Part shown: piece after piece, positions 18,440-27,847 of the stretch
Position numbering within the stretch: the first letter of the stretch is position 1
How the letters are laid out: each line of letters begins with the position of its first letter
Assembly (NCBI GenBank): GCA_018657065.1
Contig: JABHXU010000011.1
Location: 22,948 to 86,947 of the forward strand
From: an archaeon
GTDB taxonomy: Archaea; Nanobdellota; Nanobdellia; Woesearchaeales; GW2011-AR15
Length of the DNA: 64,000 nucleotides
Direction of reading: 5' to 3'
Notes under the pieces: model-generated
What the model was told of the DNA's origin: nothing
Seen by the model: the letters and a program-made list of their open reading frames with translations, nothing else
The model's database searches: none
Program-made: the position numbers and the translations under genes

Positions 18440-19129
18440 CTATTTAAATTTTTCCAGAATTAGTATGTTTCCACGACCTTTTTTTATTTTTTTAAGTTTT
18501 CCTTCAGTTTCAAGTTCTGTTATCATCAAACTAATTTTTGCTTCTGATAATGCAAAATGTTTTCTTAACTCTCTTTGTGACATTCTTCCTTGATTTTTTT
18601 TAAGAAGTTGAATTATTTTATTCAAATCATCATCCATAAGGTTTAAATGTTTTTTTAGTCTAATTGTTTGGATTTTTTTATTTATTTGAATAATAATAAA
18701 AGAAAAAACTCCCATCAAAAAAATAATTAAAAAAAACAAATTCAAATATTTTATTTCTCTATCATCAAGCCCTTCTATTTCTAAATCTAAGTTATTATAA
18801 ATTGATTCTTCTTCACTTAAATCTTGAAATAAAAATAAATCAATAACATATATTCCTTCATCAATTATAGAAATATTTTCAATTGCCTTAAGTTCATTTT
18901 TCTGAGCAGAAAGTTTATAGTCTCCAATAGGAATTTCAAATTCATAACTCCCATCTTTTGATAAAAATTTTTGAGATGGATTTGAGTCAATAATAATTAG
19001 AACATCTTTCGTTTTTGATAATGTTGAATCATAAATTGATCCATATAATGTTGCCCCATAGGTAATATTTACAAGAAGAATTGCCAAAATAAAAGACAAT
19101 AATTTTTTCATTATTAAAAAGTCAGACAT
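18440..19129 (-). CDS. Membrane-anchored winged-helix regulator with extracellular prealbumin/carboxypeptidase-regulatory-like domain
   Basis: Signal peptide, then a beta-sandwich-like segment (LYGSIYD...DGSYEFEIPIGDYKL). A TM helix follows (LFFLIIFLMGVFSFIIIQI). The C-terminal wHTH is MSQRELRKHFALSEAKISLMITELETEGKLKK. Confidence 0.65.
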   Translation of the reverse strand: MSDFLIMKKLLSFILAILLVNITYGATLYGSIYDSTLSKTKDVLIIIDSNPSQKFLSKDGSYEFEIPIGDYKLSAQKNELKAIENISIIDEGIYVIDLFLFQDLSEEESIYNNLDLEIEGLDDREIKYLNLFFLIIFLMGVFSFIIIQINKKIQTIRLKKHLNLMDDDLNKIIQLLKKNQGRMSQRELRKHFALSEAKISLMITELETEGKLKKIKKGRGNILILEKFK

Positions 19130-19161
19130 TAACTTATAAAAATCTTTCTTTCAAAATTTAA

Positions 19162-20457
19162 TTATGAGAGTTTTATTGAATCTAAATATACTAAAAGTTC
19201 GTTTAAACTTGTAAACACTTCAAATAATGTTTCTTGCTTAGAAAAATTATTTTTATAAATATTATCGTATTGAGCTAAAAGTGGGTTATAAAACCCGTCT
19301 AAATTCAAAAGCAATATTGGTTTTTTAGTTTTACTTGTTTGATTAATTAATATCGAATTATGAAGTTCTTCTAATGTTCCAAAACCTCCAGGTAAACAAA
19401 CAATGATGTCAGATCTATTAATTAATACTCTTGTTCTTCTTCTTGAATTCATAACTGAAATTGTTCTACATTTTTTAAAAACATTTTTATCTGTTTTTGC
19501 AAACACAGAAATTAGTTTTCCATTATATTTTAATACTGAATCTGCTAAATTTTTCATCATTCCTGAATCTTGTCCTCCAAAAAATATTTTAGCATCTCTT
19601 GCAACTAATTCTTTCCCTAGTGCATTTGCCAAATCCAAATATTTTTCATCAATATTATTTTGAGATGAACAAAACACACTAACTCTTTTTCCTAGAATCT
19701 TTCTAATAAACATAAGTACTCTTTTCTTTTTTTGAACTTTTGGATGATAATAGTAATAATTATACCCTTCAAAACTACCTTTTTTCATAGATTTTTTTAA
19801 AATTTTATTATCTTCATTAATTAATTTCATAGAAAAAGCAACAACTTTTTTTTCTATTTTTTCTATCCACCAACCACATATAACAATTTTGTATTTTTGA
19901 CTAATTAATCCTACTGTTCCTTTAGTATGTCCTGGAAGATGAATAATTTTGAAATCTGTATCTTTAATTGTTTCTCCTTCTTTAACAAATGAACCTAGTT
20001 TCCACTCCTTATAACCCGCTTCTTTATAGACCTTTTCTATCCCATGTTCATATACATTTAGAATTTTTTTTGATCCTGAGTCCATTTTATGGAGTCTTAT
20101 TGGAGGAATATTTCCAAACTTCTTTTTTATTCTAATTTGAAGTTCTGGAGCTAATTCAGAATGATCGTAATGAAAATGTGAAAAAATAATCTCTCTAACT
20201 GTTTTACCTGGAAAATATTTTTCTAAAGTTTGCATAATTAAATCATCATTATTTAGATTTTTTGAAAACTTCCTAAACATTGGTCTAAATGCTTTAAATT
20301 TTGGACCAGTATCAAATACAACAATTTTTTTTTTTGCATTAATTAAATAACACCAAGTTCCAAATTCAGGATATTTACTAACAGGAAGATTATATTTTAA
20401 AAGAACTCTAGCTACCTTAATTTCTCCTTTATCTTCTAATATAATCTCTGAAATCAT
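19162..20457 (-). CDS. Fusion protein: metallo-beta-lactamase-fold hydrolase (N) + LOG/TIGR00730-family domain (C)
   Basis: MBL motifs SHFHYDHS and LPGHTKG. LOG-family motifs GGQDSGMMKNLAD and PGGFGTLEEL. Confidence 0.75.
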   Translation of the reverse strand: MISEIILEDKGEIKVARVLLKYNLPVSKYPEFGTWCYLINAKKKIVVFDTGPKFKAFRPMFRKFSKNLNNDDLIMQTLEKYFPGKTVREIIFSHFHYDHSELAPELQIRIKKKFGNIPPIRLHKMDSGSKKILNVYEHGIEKVYKEAGYKEWKLGSFVKEGETIKDTDFKIIHLPGHTKGTVGLISQKYKIVICGWWIEKIEKKVVAFSMKLINEDNKILKKSMKKGSFEGYNYYYYHPKVQKKKRVLMFIRKILGKRVSVFCSSQNNIDEKYLDLANALGKELVARDAKIFFGGQDSGMMKNLADSVLKYNGKLISVFAKTDKNVFKKCRTISVMNSRRRTRVLINRSDIIVCLPGGFGTLEELHNSILINQTSKTKKPILLLNLDGFYNPLLAQYDNIYKNNFSKQETLFEVFTSLNELLVYLDSIKLS

Positions 20458-20479
20458 TTTAAAAAAAAGAAAAAAATAA

Positions 20480-23400
20480 TTAATTTAAAAGTATAGTTGT
20501 GCTATCAACAAAATCTGAATCTAAAGTTAAAAAATCTGCTGACGCTCTTCTTTCAACACCACCATCATTAATTGTAACAAAGAGTACACCATAATTAAAA
20601 GCATTATTAATTGTAGTTGTACAATCTTTTACAACCTCTGTTTCATCTCTTAAATAATAGTTTTCAGTGAAAATTGTTGACCACCAAGTATCTGTATCAT
20701 GAAGTGCACAATCATACATATCATTACCTACACCACCTAAACCAGACATAAATATCATTGTTTTTCCTGGTTCAAGTAATTCAGTAACAATTGGTGTTAT
20801 TGGATTTAAGCTGCTTAACATTTTTGTTCTAGCATATGCTTTATCATATCCTGTAACAATTAATGCTCCTGCTTCTCTACATAAATCATAATAACTAACT
20901 CCTAAATTGTCTACCTCTTCTTTGTTACTAATTCTTAGATCTTTATTTGCTTTATTCCAGATACAAAATTTCCAATCATGGTCTGTTTGCAATGAATCAT
21001 TAATAAAATCATCATGGTCTTGTGTTCCATATGTTGTTCCTACACCAGAAACCACAAATGAAATTCCTTTAAATTCACAAGTCATTTGATCTCCTGTTTC
21101 ACCTGTACAAACTAAATCATCATCAAAACTACTTTCAATGTCTGATTTATAATCTTCCCACTCAGCCACATCATAAATTCCAATTGAAGAAATAAACGGA
21201 ATTTCTAAATAACTCATCATGTCGGACCAATCATCATATGAATCAAATCCTAAGTTTCCATTTAATACAATTAAATCTGGACTTTCATCCATTAATAATT
21301 GAACAACATCTTCACTTGTTTGATTATATCCTTGATTACCTAAGAAAGCAATTACAATTTCTTCAGGTAATACTGATTCGTAATTACAATCATTATTATT
21401 GAATTTTTCATCAGCTTCACATAATGCTTCACCATATGCATTGATATGAGGATATTCAACTCTATTTGTTTCATTATATGGATAAAAGATCATACCATGA
21501 TAATCTTGAGATAAGATATCCTTAGCTGTTAAATTAATCCAATCTGCATCCTTTCCAGTTATATCAACCATTGGAATAATTTTTACAGTTGTATTAATGT
21601 CAAGTAATTCATCTCCTCCATAATAATCAAATAAAACAATATCTGTGAATGTTTCATTTTCTGCAAGTTTTTGAGCAGCACATTCTTTTGTCATGTATGT
21701 AATTAACGGAATTTCTGTTAGTTCATGATATTCATCATATAGTGCTGTTAAATTAGTGTCTTCACTACAATCTAAATCAAGTAACCAGTAACCAATAATT
21801 TCACTCAAATCAACAATTGTTTCTGTTAAATTTGTATCTTGATCATAGTCTAGTTTAATAAACCAATCATAATCACTAGTTGTAACTATTGTATTATCTT
21901 CTGCATAGTATCCTAGTGCTGGTGCATCAAATTCAACAGTCATATCTGGAGTTACTCCATAGAATCCTACAATAGGTTTAACATCATATGTTGGTTCTAA
22001 TTCTTCGCAGACATTATCTTCATTACACATATATCCTTCTTCACAATCTTCGTCTGTTTCACAGGTCTCAATTTCCTCACAAAGATCATCTTCATTACAT
22101 ATATAACCTTCTTCACAGTCTTCATCTGTTTCACAAGATTCATTAACACCTAAAAGATCTTTGATTTTTTCATATGGAATAAAAATATCAGGTTTAAATC
22201 CATCTGTTTGTGTTTGACTTTCCACAAATACCCAACATCTTCCTGATAGCATTTGAGCGTCATCCATAATAAGAACTTCTGTTCCACCAGGTAAATCTCC
22301 AAATGAATCACAATATTTCTTATCTCTTGTATCAAGGGTTTCTTTTGTTGTAACTCTTTGCCCTACAAATTCACTTACATCAAATTCTGTACATGCTCCA
22401 CTTGATTCACTACACGGAGCACCCCTACCTCCTCCACCTTCACCTGCTGCACATACTCCTTCTTTACATGTTTGACCTTCTGGACAAGTACTATCATCTG
22501 TGCAAGTAACAGTGCCTCCTCCGCCACCACCATTTCCTAAAGGATCTTCAGGATCAAAATCATCTAAACATAGTCCTTCATTTGTTGGATCAACTCCACC
22601 AATCATTCCGGTTATTCCCACTACTTTTCCTGATAAAAGTCCTTTTCCTTGTCTACATGGACAATCATCACCTGAAGAAATTTGAAATGTTCCGTCTACA
22701 CAATGTAAACAATCTTCCTTACCAAAACTTACATAACAACCTTCAATTGCACATTTTCCACCCTCAGTTTTATCAAAACAAGCAGCAGGATCTGAGACTG
22801 GATCATCTCCTTCTTTTTCAGCTGGTTTAGTTGCAAGACTATATACTGGATGTGTTAACCCTTCTTTTTCACCACATAAAAAACATTCTCCACCCATATA
22901 TAATGGATCTTCTAAATTTTCACAATTATATTCCATTTTAACACTTCCTACACCAGCAAGTGCTACTTCTGCTCCACCATTAATACACACTTCTTCTGTT
23001 GATTCTTCTGAATTAACAACATATAAATTAAAATCTAATGTTGGACTATTTGCTTCACCTGGTTTTAATTGTCCTTTTGGAATCATACAATTATCTGCTT
23101 CACAAATAGGTGTAATTAAAATTGCTGGACCATCATCATCTGAAATTATTTCACATGTTTCACCTAGTGCAGAAGTTAAACATTCAATATTAGTAAATGT
23201 TTTTTCAGAAGTTTTTCCTCCATCAGGATCATAAATACATGAATCTCCACTATCCTGAAATAAAATTTCAACATTAAAAATTGCATTTGGTTTATTTAGT
23301 AATGTTCCTGGTAATGACCCATCATTTTCCTTAAATCCAAAATATATTGCTTCACAAGTAATTTTTTCAGCAACAGAATCATCAAGGCAATACCTAGCAC

Positions 23401-24697
23401 TTTCTAAAGGACATTCCTCTTTGCAAAGAGTCATAATTTCATCAAAGTTACCTGGGTCTGGTGTTGGTAATGCACTTGGATCTTCAGGATCATAATCATA
23501 TTTTTTTATACAATCTTTATAATATGCTCCAGCATATTTTTCTGTTAAATCAAGATTACCAAGATCTGAAGGAAGTATATATGCACTCATTGGTTCAGGA
23601 TCATCTGCTTTTCCTATTACTTCACTTAAACTCTTAGCTTTTTTATATATTGACCAGACTACACTTGGCCCATTACCAAAACCCTCACATTCAAATCCAT
23701 CAGGAATTTCTACATTTGGTCCTCCACTTGTTTTTGCAGGCATCCATTCAGTTTTTTCCATAGTCCAGCCTTCGCATCCAATAACATGAGGATAAATAAC
23801 ATTATCTAGTGTAATTGTTCCGCCAGTTCCTTTTCCACATTCAGTAACAGTAGCAAAAGGTGTAAAATGTTTAATCTCTGCAGTTAATTTTCTTTTTTCA
23901 AGATCAACTTCAGTAGGTATACCTATCCAAACATCTAGTAAATCATCATAGTAACCTATATTAACATCATCTCCTTGATGAAATAAACCTAAATCTTCTT
24001 CTCTAAAATACTTAATAATTTTAACAGGTTGACTAAAAACAGTATTATGAGGAATTCCATTAAAAGCAAGCATTCCTGCTACAACAGAATTACTTAATGC
24101 ATTAAATTCTCTATCAAGTTGTTTGATTCCAATTTTATCAACTGGTTGACCATTAACTGTTGCTGTTGTTCCAGGTGGAACTTCCAAAATCATAGAACCA
24201 TCAGCACTGACAACTCTAGTTGTTTTAGATGGGTCAAGAGTTTCCATTACAGTTCTAGGTAATCTATATGTTTGTCCTTCAAATCTAAGAAGGGTATCTT
24301 TTTTCTTAAATTCCATGGGATATTCAATTACAGCTACTAATGCTTCTTGTTCGATAACAACTTCAATATTTAGCACTCCATATTTTGCTTTATAACTTCG
24401 TTCTTTAGCAAAAGAATCAATACAAGGTTGTAAATTTTGTCTTATATGTTCCTCAATATAATAAGGAGAATAATCTCTTCTAAGCCCATACTTAAGCTCA
24501 GCATCAATTATATTTTGTTTTACACATTCGTAAATCAAAGACTGAAGTGAACTTTGTTTAGGTCCCATTTCAAAAACGTATTCTGAATCTGAAAGAATTG
24601 AATCTTGTGTTGTTTGTCTAATAATAAAAAAACTACCAAGAATTATTACAACTAATATTCCAATAATAACATATAAACTAACTTGTGCTTTCCTCAT
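20480..24697 (-). CDS. Giant (1405 aa) cysteine-rich surface protein: pilin-like N-terminus, ZU5-like module (HFT), Cys-rich mosaics, degenerate purple-acid-phosphatase-like C-terminal domain
   Basis: N-terminus MRKAQVSLYVIIGILVVIILG. ZU5-like segment LEVPPGTTATV...FSQPVKI...IGYYDD..DVW...KHFTPFATV. A Gly run and tandem CETDEDCEEGY.CNED..CEE units are present. The C-terminal motifs are FLGNQG, LNGNLGF, CIWNKAN and VTGYDKAYAR. Confidence 0.85.
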   Translation of the reverse strand: MRKAQVSLYVIIGILVVIILGSFFIIRQTTQDSILSDSEYVFEMGPKQSSLQSLIYECVKQNIIDAELKYGLRRDYSPYYIEEHIRQNLQPCIDSFAKERSYKAKYGVLNIEVVIEQEALVAVIEYPMEFKKKDTLLRFEGQTYRLPRTVMETLDPSKTTRVVSADGSMILEVPPGTTATVNGQPVDKIGIKQLDREFNALSNSVVAGMLAFNGIPHNTVFSQPVKIIKYFREEDLGLFHQGDDVNIGYYDDLLDVWIGIPTEVDLEKRKLTAEIKHFTPFATVTECGKGTGGTITLDNVIYPHVIGCEGWTMEKTEWMPAKTSGGPNVEIPDGFECEGFGNGPSVVWSIYKKAKSLSEVIGKADDPEPMSAYILPSDLGNLDLTEKYAGAYYKDCIKKYDYDPEDPSALPTPDPGNFDEIMTLCKEECPLESARYCLDDSVAEKITCEAIYFGFKENDGSLPGTLLNKPNAIFNVEILFQDSGDSCIYDPDGGKTSEKTFTNIECLTSALGETCEIISDDDGPAILITPICEADNCMIPKGQLKPGEANSPTLDFNLYVVNSEESTEEVCINGGAEVALAGVGSVKMEYNCENLEDPLYMGGECFLCGEKEGLTHPVYSLATKPAEKEGDDPVSDPAACFDKTEGGKCAIEGCYVSFGKEDCLHCVDGTFQISSGDDCPCRQGKGLLSGKVVGITGMIGGVDPTNEGLCLDDFDPEDPLGNGGGGGGTVTCTDDSTCPEGQTCKEGVCAAGEGGGGRGAPCSESSGACTEFDVSEFVGQRVTTKETLDTRDKKYCDSFGDLPGGTEVLIMDDAQMLSGRCWVFVESQTQTDGFKPDIFIPYEKIKDLLGVNESCETDEDCEEGYICNEDDLCEEIETCETDEDCEEGYMCNEDNVCEELEPTYDVKPIVGFYGVTPDMTVEFDAPALGYYAEDNTIVTTSDYDWFIKLDYDQDTNLTETIVDLSEIIGYWLLDLDCSEDTNLTALYDEYHELTEIPLITYMTKECAAQKLAENETFTDIVLFDYYGGDELLDINTTVKIIPMVDITGKDADWINLTAKDILSQDYHGMIFYPYNETNRVEYPHINAYGEALCEADEKFNNNDCNYESVLPEEIVIAFLGNQGYNQTSEDVVQLLMDESPDLIVLNGNLGFDSYDDWSDMMSYLEIPFISSIGIYDVAEWEDYKSDIESSFDDDLVCTGETGDQMTCEFKGISFVVSGVGTTYGTQDHDDFINDSLQTDHDWKFCIWNKANKDLRISNKEEVDNLGVSYYDLCREAGALIVTGYDKAYARTKMLSSLNPITPIVTELLEPGKTMIFMSGLGGVGNDMYDCALHDTDTWWSTIFTENYYLRDETEVVKDCTTTINNAFNYGVLFVTINDGGVERRASADFLTLDSDFVDSTTILLN
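21995..22138 (-). repeat. Two tandem 72-nt (24-codon) coding repeats
   Basis: SCETDEDCEEGYICNEDDLCEEIE / TCETDEDCEEGYMCNEDNVCEELE. At the DNA level cattac recurs at 22021 and 22093, giving a 72-nt period. Confidence 0.8.
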
Positions 24698-24831
24698 TAA
24701 ATACCCACCTAGAAACTACATCAGTATATGACCTATATAAATTTAATGAAAATCTAAAAAAAGATTTTCAAAAGTTTAGAAATATAACTCTTCAAAACTT
24801 ATTATAAAAATAAAAAATTAAGAAAAAAAAA

Positions 24832-27800
24832 CTATTTTGTTATTTCAAAAGTATCAATTATTTCATTGTTAATTGTAATGAATTCTCCTTTTGCAATATT
24901 AGGATCATCATCATAATTAAAAGTTATAAATAACGCTCCAGGTACAAAACTCGGAACTACATCATTTTCACAATGTTTTAAATTGGAATCTTTTGTAATG
25001 AATGCGTTTGATGTGTAAATAGCATCCCACCAATTATCTGTATCATGAAGTGTACAATCATATTGAGTTGCACCATGTCCACCTAAACCAGATATTAATG
25101 ACACTGTTCCTTTACTTAGATCTAAGTTATCTTGCGTAGTTATTGGATCTAATGTTGCAAGAAGTTTTGTTCTTGTATAAGCTTCATCATATCCACTTAC
25201 AATAATGGCTCCTGCATTTTTACATAAATCATAATATTTCATTCCTAGATCATCATTATCATCTTTTGCACTAATTCTTAGATCTTTGTTTGATTTATGC
25301 CAATTACAAATAACCCATTCATTTCCTTCTTGCAATGAATCAGTAATAAATGCTTCATGTCCTTGTGTCATGAAATCAGTTCCAACACCTGAAAGAATAA
25401 AAGAAACACTATCATAAACACATGTTTGTTTATTTCCATAAATTCCTTTACATTCTAATTCATTTGTCCATGGTTCAAGAACTACTGAATAATCTCCCCA
25501 ACTTTCATTTAGAAATTCTTCTTGTCCTATAACTGCAACAAATGAAATATCTTCTGAAAGATTATTTTTTAACATTTGTTCAAATTCTACAGGTCTTGCT
25601 TTGTAACCTAAATTACCTAGGTGTACTACAACGTCAGCATCTTCTTCTGTAATTAATTCTAACACTTTTTGAGCATATGCTTCTGTTCCTGAATTACCTA
25701 TAAATGCAACTCTAATTTCATCAACATCAATTGGTTCAAATTCACATTCTTCGCCTAAATAATATTGTTCAGCTTCACAAAAGAATTCTAAAAATGTATT
25801 TTTATAATCAATCTTATTAATTACTTTATCAAGTTCATCATAAGGATAAAAAATAACTCCATGATATTTTTTATTTAATGTTTCCATTGCTAGATCTTTA
25901 ATTTCATCAGGTTCCATTACTTTTGAACCAGATTCCATTACATTAACCATTGGAATAAATTTGATATAATGACTTGTCATTTTTAAGATATCTTTTACTT
26001 GATCAACATCATTATCTGGACTATCTGATTCAAATAACACAACATCTACAAATTGTTCATCTGTGTCATCAAAAAATTCTTCAGCACATCCGAGTGTTCT
26101 AAAGTTAATCATCACTGGAATTTCTTCATTTGATATAACAAACATATTGTATAATTCAACTAAATCTTTAGCACTTATATCCCATTTATCTTCATTACAA
26201 GGATCATCTAAAATTAAATATCCTTTAACTGAACTATCATCATAAATAATATCATCAAATTGAATGTCATCAAAATCAATTTCTTCATGCCTTTCAAATT
26301 TAGTATCATCTAACGCTATAAATAATTCAAGTCCTTCATCATCCAAATTTAAGTCTTCTGAATTATCTTCGTCATAATAACCTGCGGTTACTGCACCTAG
26401 ATCATCTACTTGTCTAAATTGTTCTTCTAGAACAGGATAAAAACCAAGCATGACTGAAATTTCTCTAGGGTCTTCTCCTGTAAATTCTGTAACACATTTT
26501 CCTTCTTGACATAAACAATTTCCTTGTCCACAGTCTAAAGTATCTGGAACACATTCTTGTGTGCAATCGACTGCTGAACAATCTGGCGCAGCGTCAACAT
26601 GTGTGCATGAATCTGCATGACAACAAGTTGCAGGAACACAATCCTCATCACTTGTACATTCTGGAATTTCTATACAAATCCCTTCTTCACCACAATAATA
26701 ATCTTCTTCACAATCATCACTTGATTCACATGTTTGTGATAAATCTATAAACTCTTCAATGTCACTAAACATTGCATAAAATTCAGGTTCATCTCCATCA
26801 TAAATTTCTAATGCTCTTAAAAAAAACCAACAAATTTCTTCTCTATAAGCTGAATCTAAAATTTCAAGTTCAACATCATAACTAAATTCAAATGCATCTG
26901 GATATTTTCCTTTTTCTTCACTTGCCCCAAAACTATCTCTAAATTGTCTATCTCTAATAATAAATGATTCTCCTTCAAGAACTTTAAAAATTGCCCCCAT
27001 ATAATTATCAAAGTCATCAGGACATTGATCATATTCTTTAGGTTCATCATCTCCATCTGGAACACATGCACCATCCTTACATTTTTCATCTGCTGCGCAA
27101 TCTTCGTTAGTTGTACATCCAATTGGTTCAGGTTCTCCTGGTAAAGGAGTTTCAATTGGTGGAATAGGTTCAACTGGTGTTAATGGTGATAATGGTGCAA
27201 TTGGAAATCCTCCTGTATTAGGAAATTGAGGTGTTGTATCAATCGCAGAGCCATCTGAAGTCAATGTTGCTTCCCATAAACATTGTGTTTCAAAAGAATC
27301 ATAAGGTCCACTTGAGCCTGTTGTACCTCCACTTCCATCTGAAGGCACACATTTCTTCTCTTTTAATTCACATCCTGGTGCACTATCACAACCATCTAAA
27401 TTATCAAACTCTTTTGTAAATTGATTACAATCTTCTTCAACTGCTACTTCGGGTTCTTCTCCTGATTCATCTGGATCTATTTTGGCTATCCTATCACAGT
27501 ATGCAAATCCTGAATCTCCTTTGCAAACAGTCCCGATAGGACAGATTTTACATTGTCCATCTGGATTTGTTTTACCATTTTTTTTATCACATATTTTTCC
27601 ATTTGAACTTTTACATACTGAATCAGTATAAAGCAGAGTTTCACAATATGCAAATTTATATTCTCCTAAACATTTACACACATTGTCTTGTGAGGTATCA
27701 ATGTGCTCAATATTAGTTGATGCCGCACACTCAGACCAAGTCATTTCCTTACCAGGGTCAAATTTATCTACTTCAGCATTTACTGATACCAAAAAAATAG

Positions 27801-27846
27801 TGAAAATTAAAACAAAAATATAGCTCTTAAGTGTTCTCGATTTCAT
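24832..27846 (-). CDS. Giant (1004 aa) secreted cysteine-rich protein with Sec-type signal peptide and degenerate purple-acid-phosphatase-like C-terminal domain
   Basis: Signal peptide IFVLIFTIFLVSVNAEV, Cys-rich N-terminal half and a Pro-rich linker. The C-terminal ~540 aa are collinear with the 1405-aa protein (YHGVIFYPY, AFIGNSG, HLGNLGY, VIGQEEF, CNWHKSNKDLRIS, VSGYDEAYTR). Confidence 0.85.
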   Translation of the reverse strand: MKSRTLKSYIFVLIFTIFLVSVNAEVDKFDPGKEMTWSECAASTNIEHIDTSQDNVCKCLGEYKFAYCETLLYTDSVCKSSNGKICDKKNGKTNPDGQCKICPIGTVCKGDSGFAYCDRIAKIDPDESGEEPEVAVEEDCNQFTKEFDNLDGCDSAPGCELKEKKCVPSDGSGGTTGSSGPYDSFETQCLWEATLTSDGSAIDTTPQFPNTGGFPIAPLSPLTPVEPIPPIETPLPGEPEPIGCTTNEDCAADEKCKDGACVPDGDDEPKEYDQCPDDFDNYMGAIFKVLEGESFIIRDRQFRDSFGASEEKGKYPDAFEFSYDVELEILDSAYREEICWFFLRALEIYDGDEPEFYAMFSDIEEFIDLSQTCESSDDCEEDYYCGEEGICIEIPECTSDEDCVPATCCHADSCTHVDAAPDCSAVDCTQECVPDTLDCGQGNCLCQEGKCVTEFTGEDPREISVMLGFYPVLEEQFRQVDDLGAVTAGYYDEDNSEDLNLDDEGLELFIALDDTKFERHEEIDFDDIQFDDIIYDDSSVKGYLILDDPCNEDKWDISAKDLVELYNMFVISNEEIPVMINFRTLGCAEEFFDDTDEQFVDVVLFESDSPDNDVDQVKDILKMTSHYIKFIPMVNVMESGSKVMEPDEIKDLAMETLNKKYHGVIFYPYDELDKVINKIDYKNTFLEFFCEAEQYYLGEECEFEPIDVDEIRVAFIGNSGTEAYAQKVLELITEEDADVVVHLGNLGYKARPVEFEQMLKNNLSEDISFVAVIGQEEFLNESWGDYSVVLEPWTNELECKGIYGNKQTCVYDSVSFILSGVGTDFMTQGHEAFITDSLQEGNEWVICNWHKSNKDLRISAKDDNDDLGMKYYDLCKNAGAIIVSGYDEAYTRTKLLATLDPITTQDNLDLSKGTVSLISGLGGHGATQYDCTLHDTDNWWDAIYTSNAFITKDSNLKHCENDVVPSFVPGALFITFNYDDDPNIAKGEFITINNEIIDTFEITK

Positions 27847-27847
27847 T

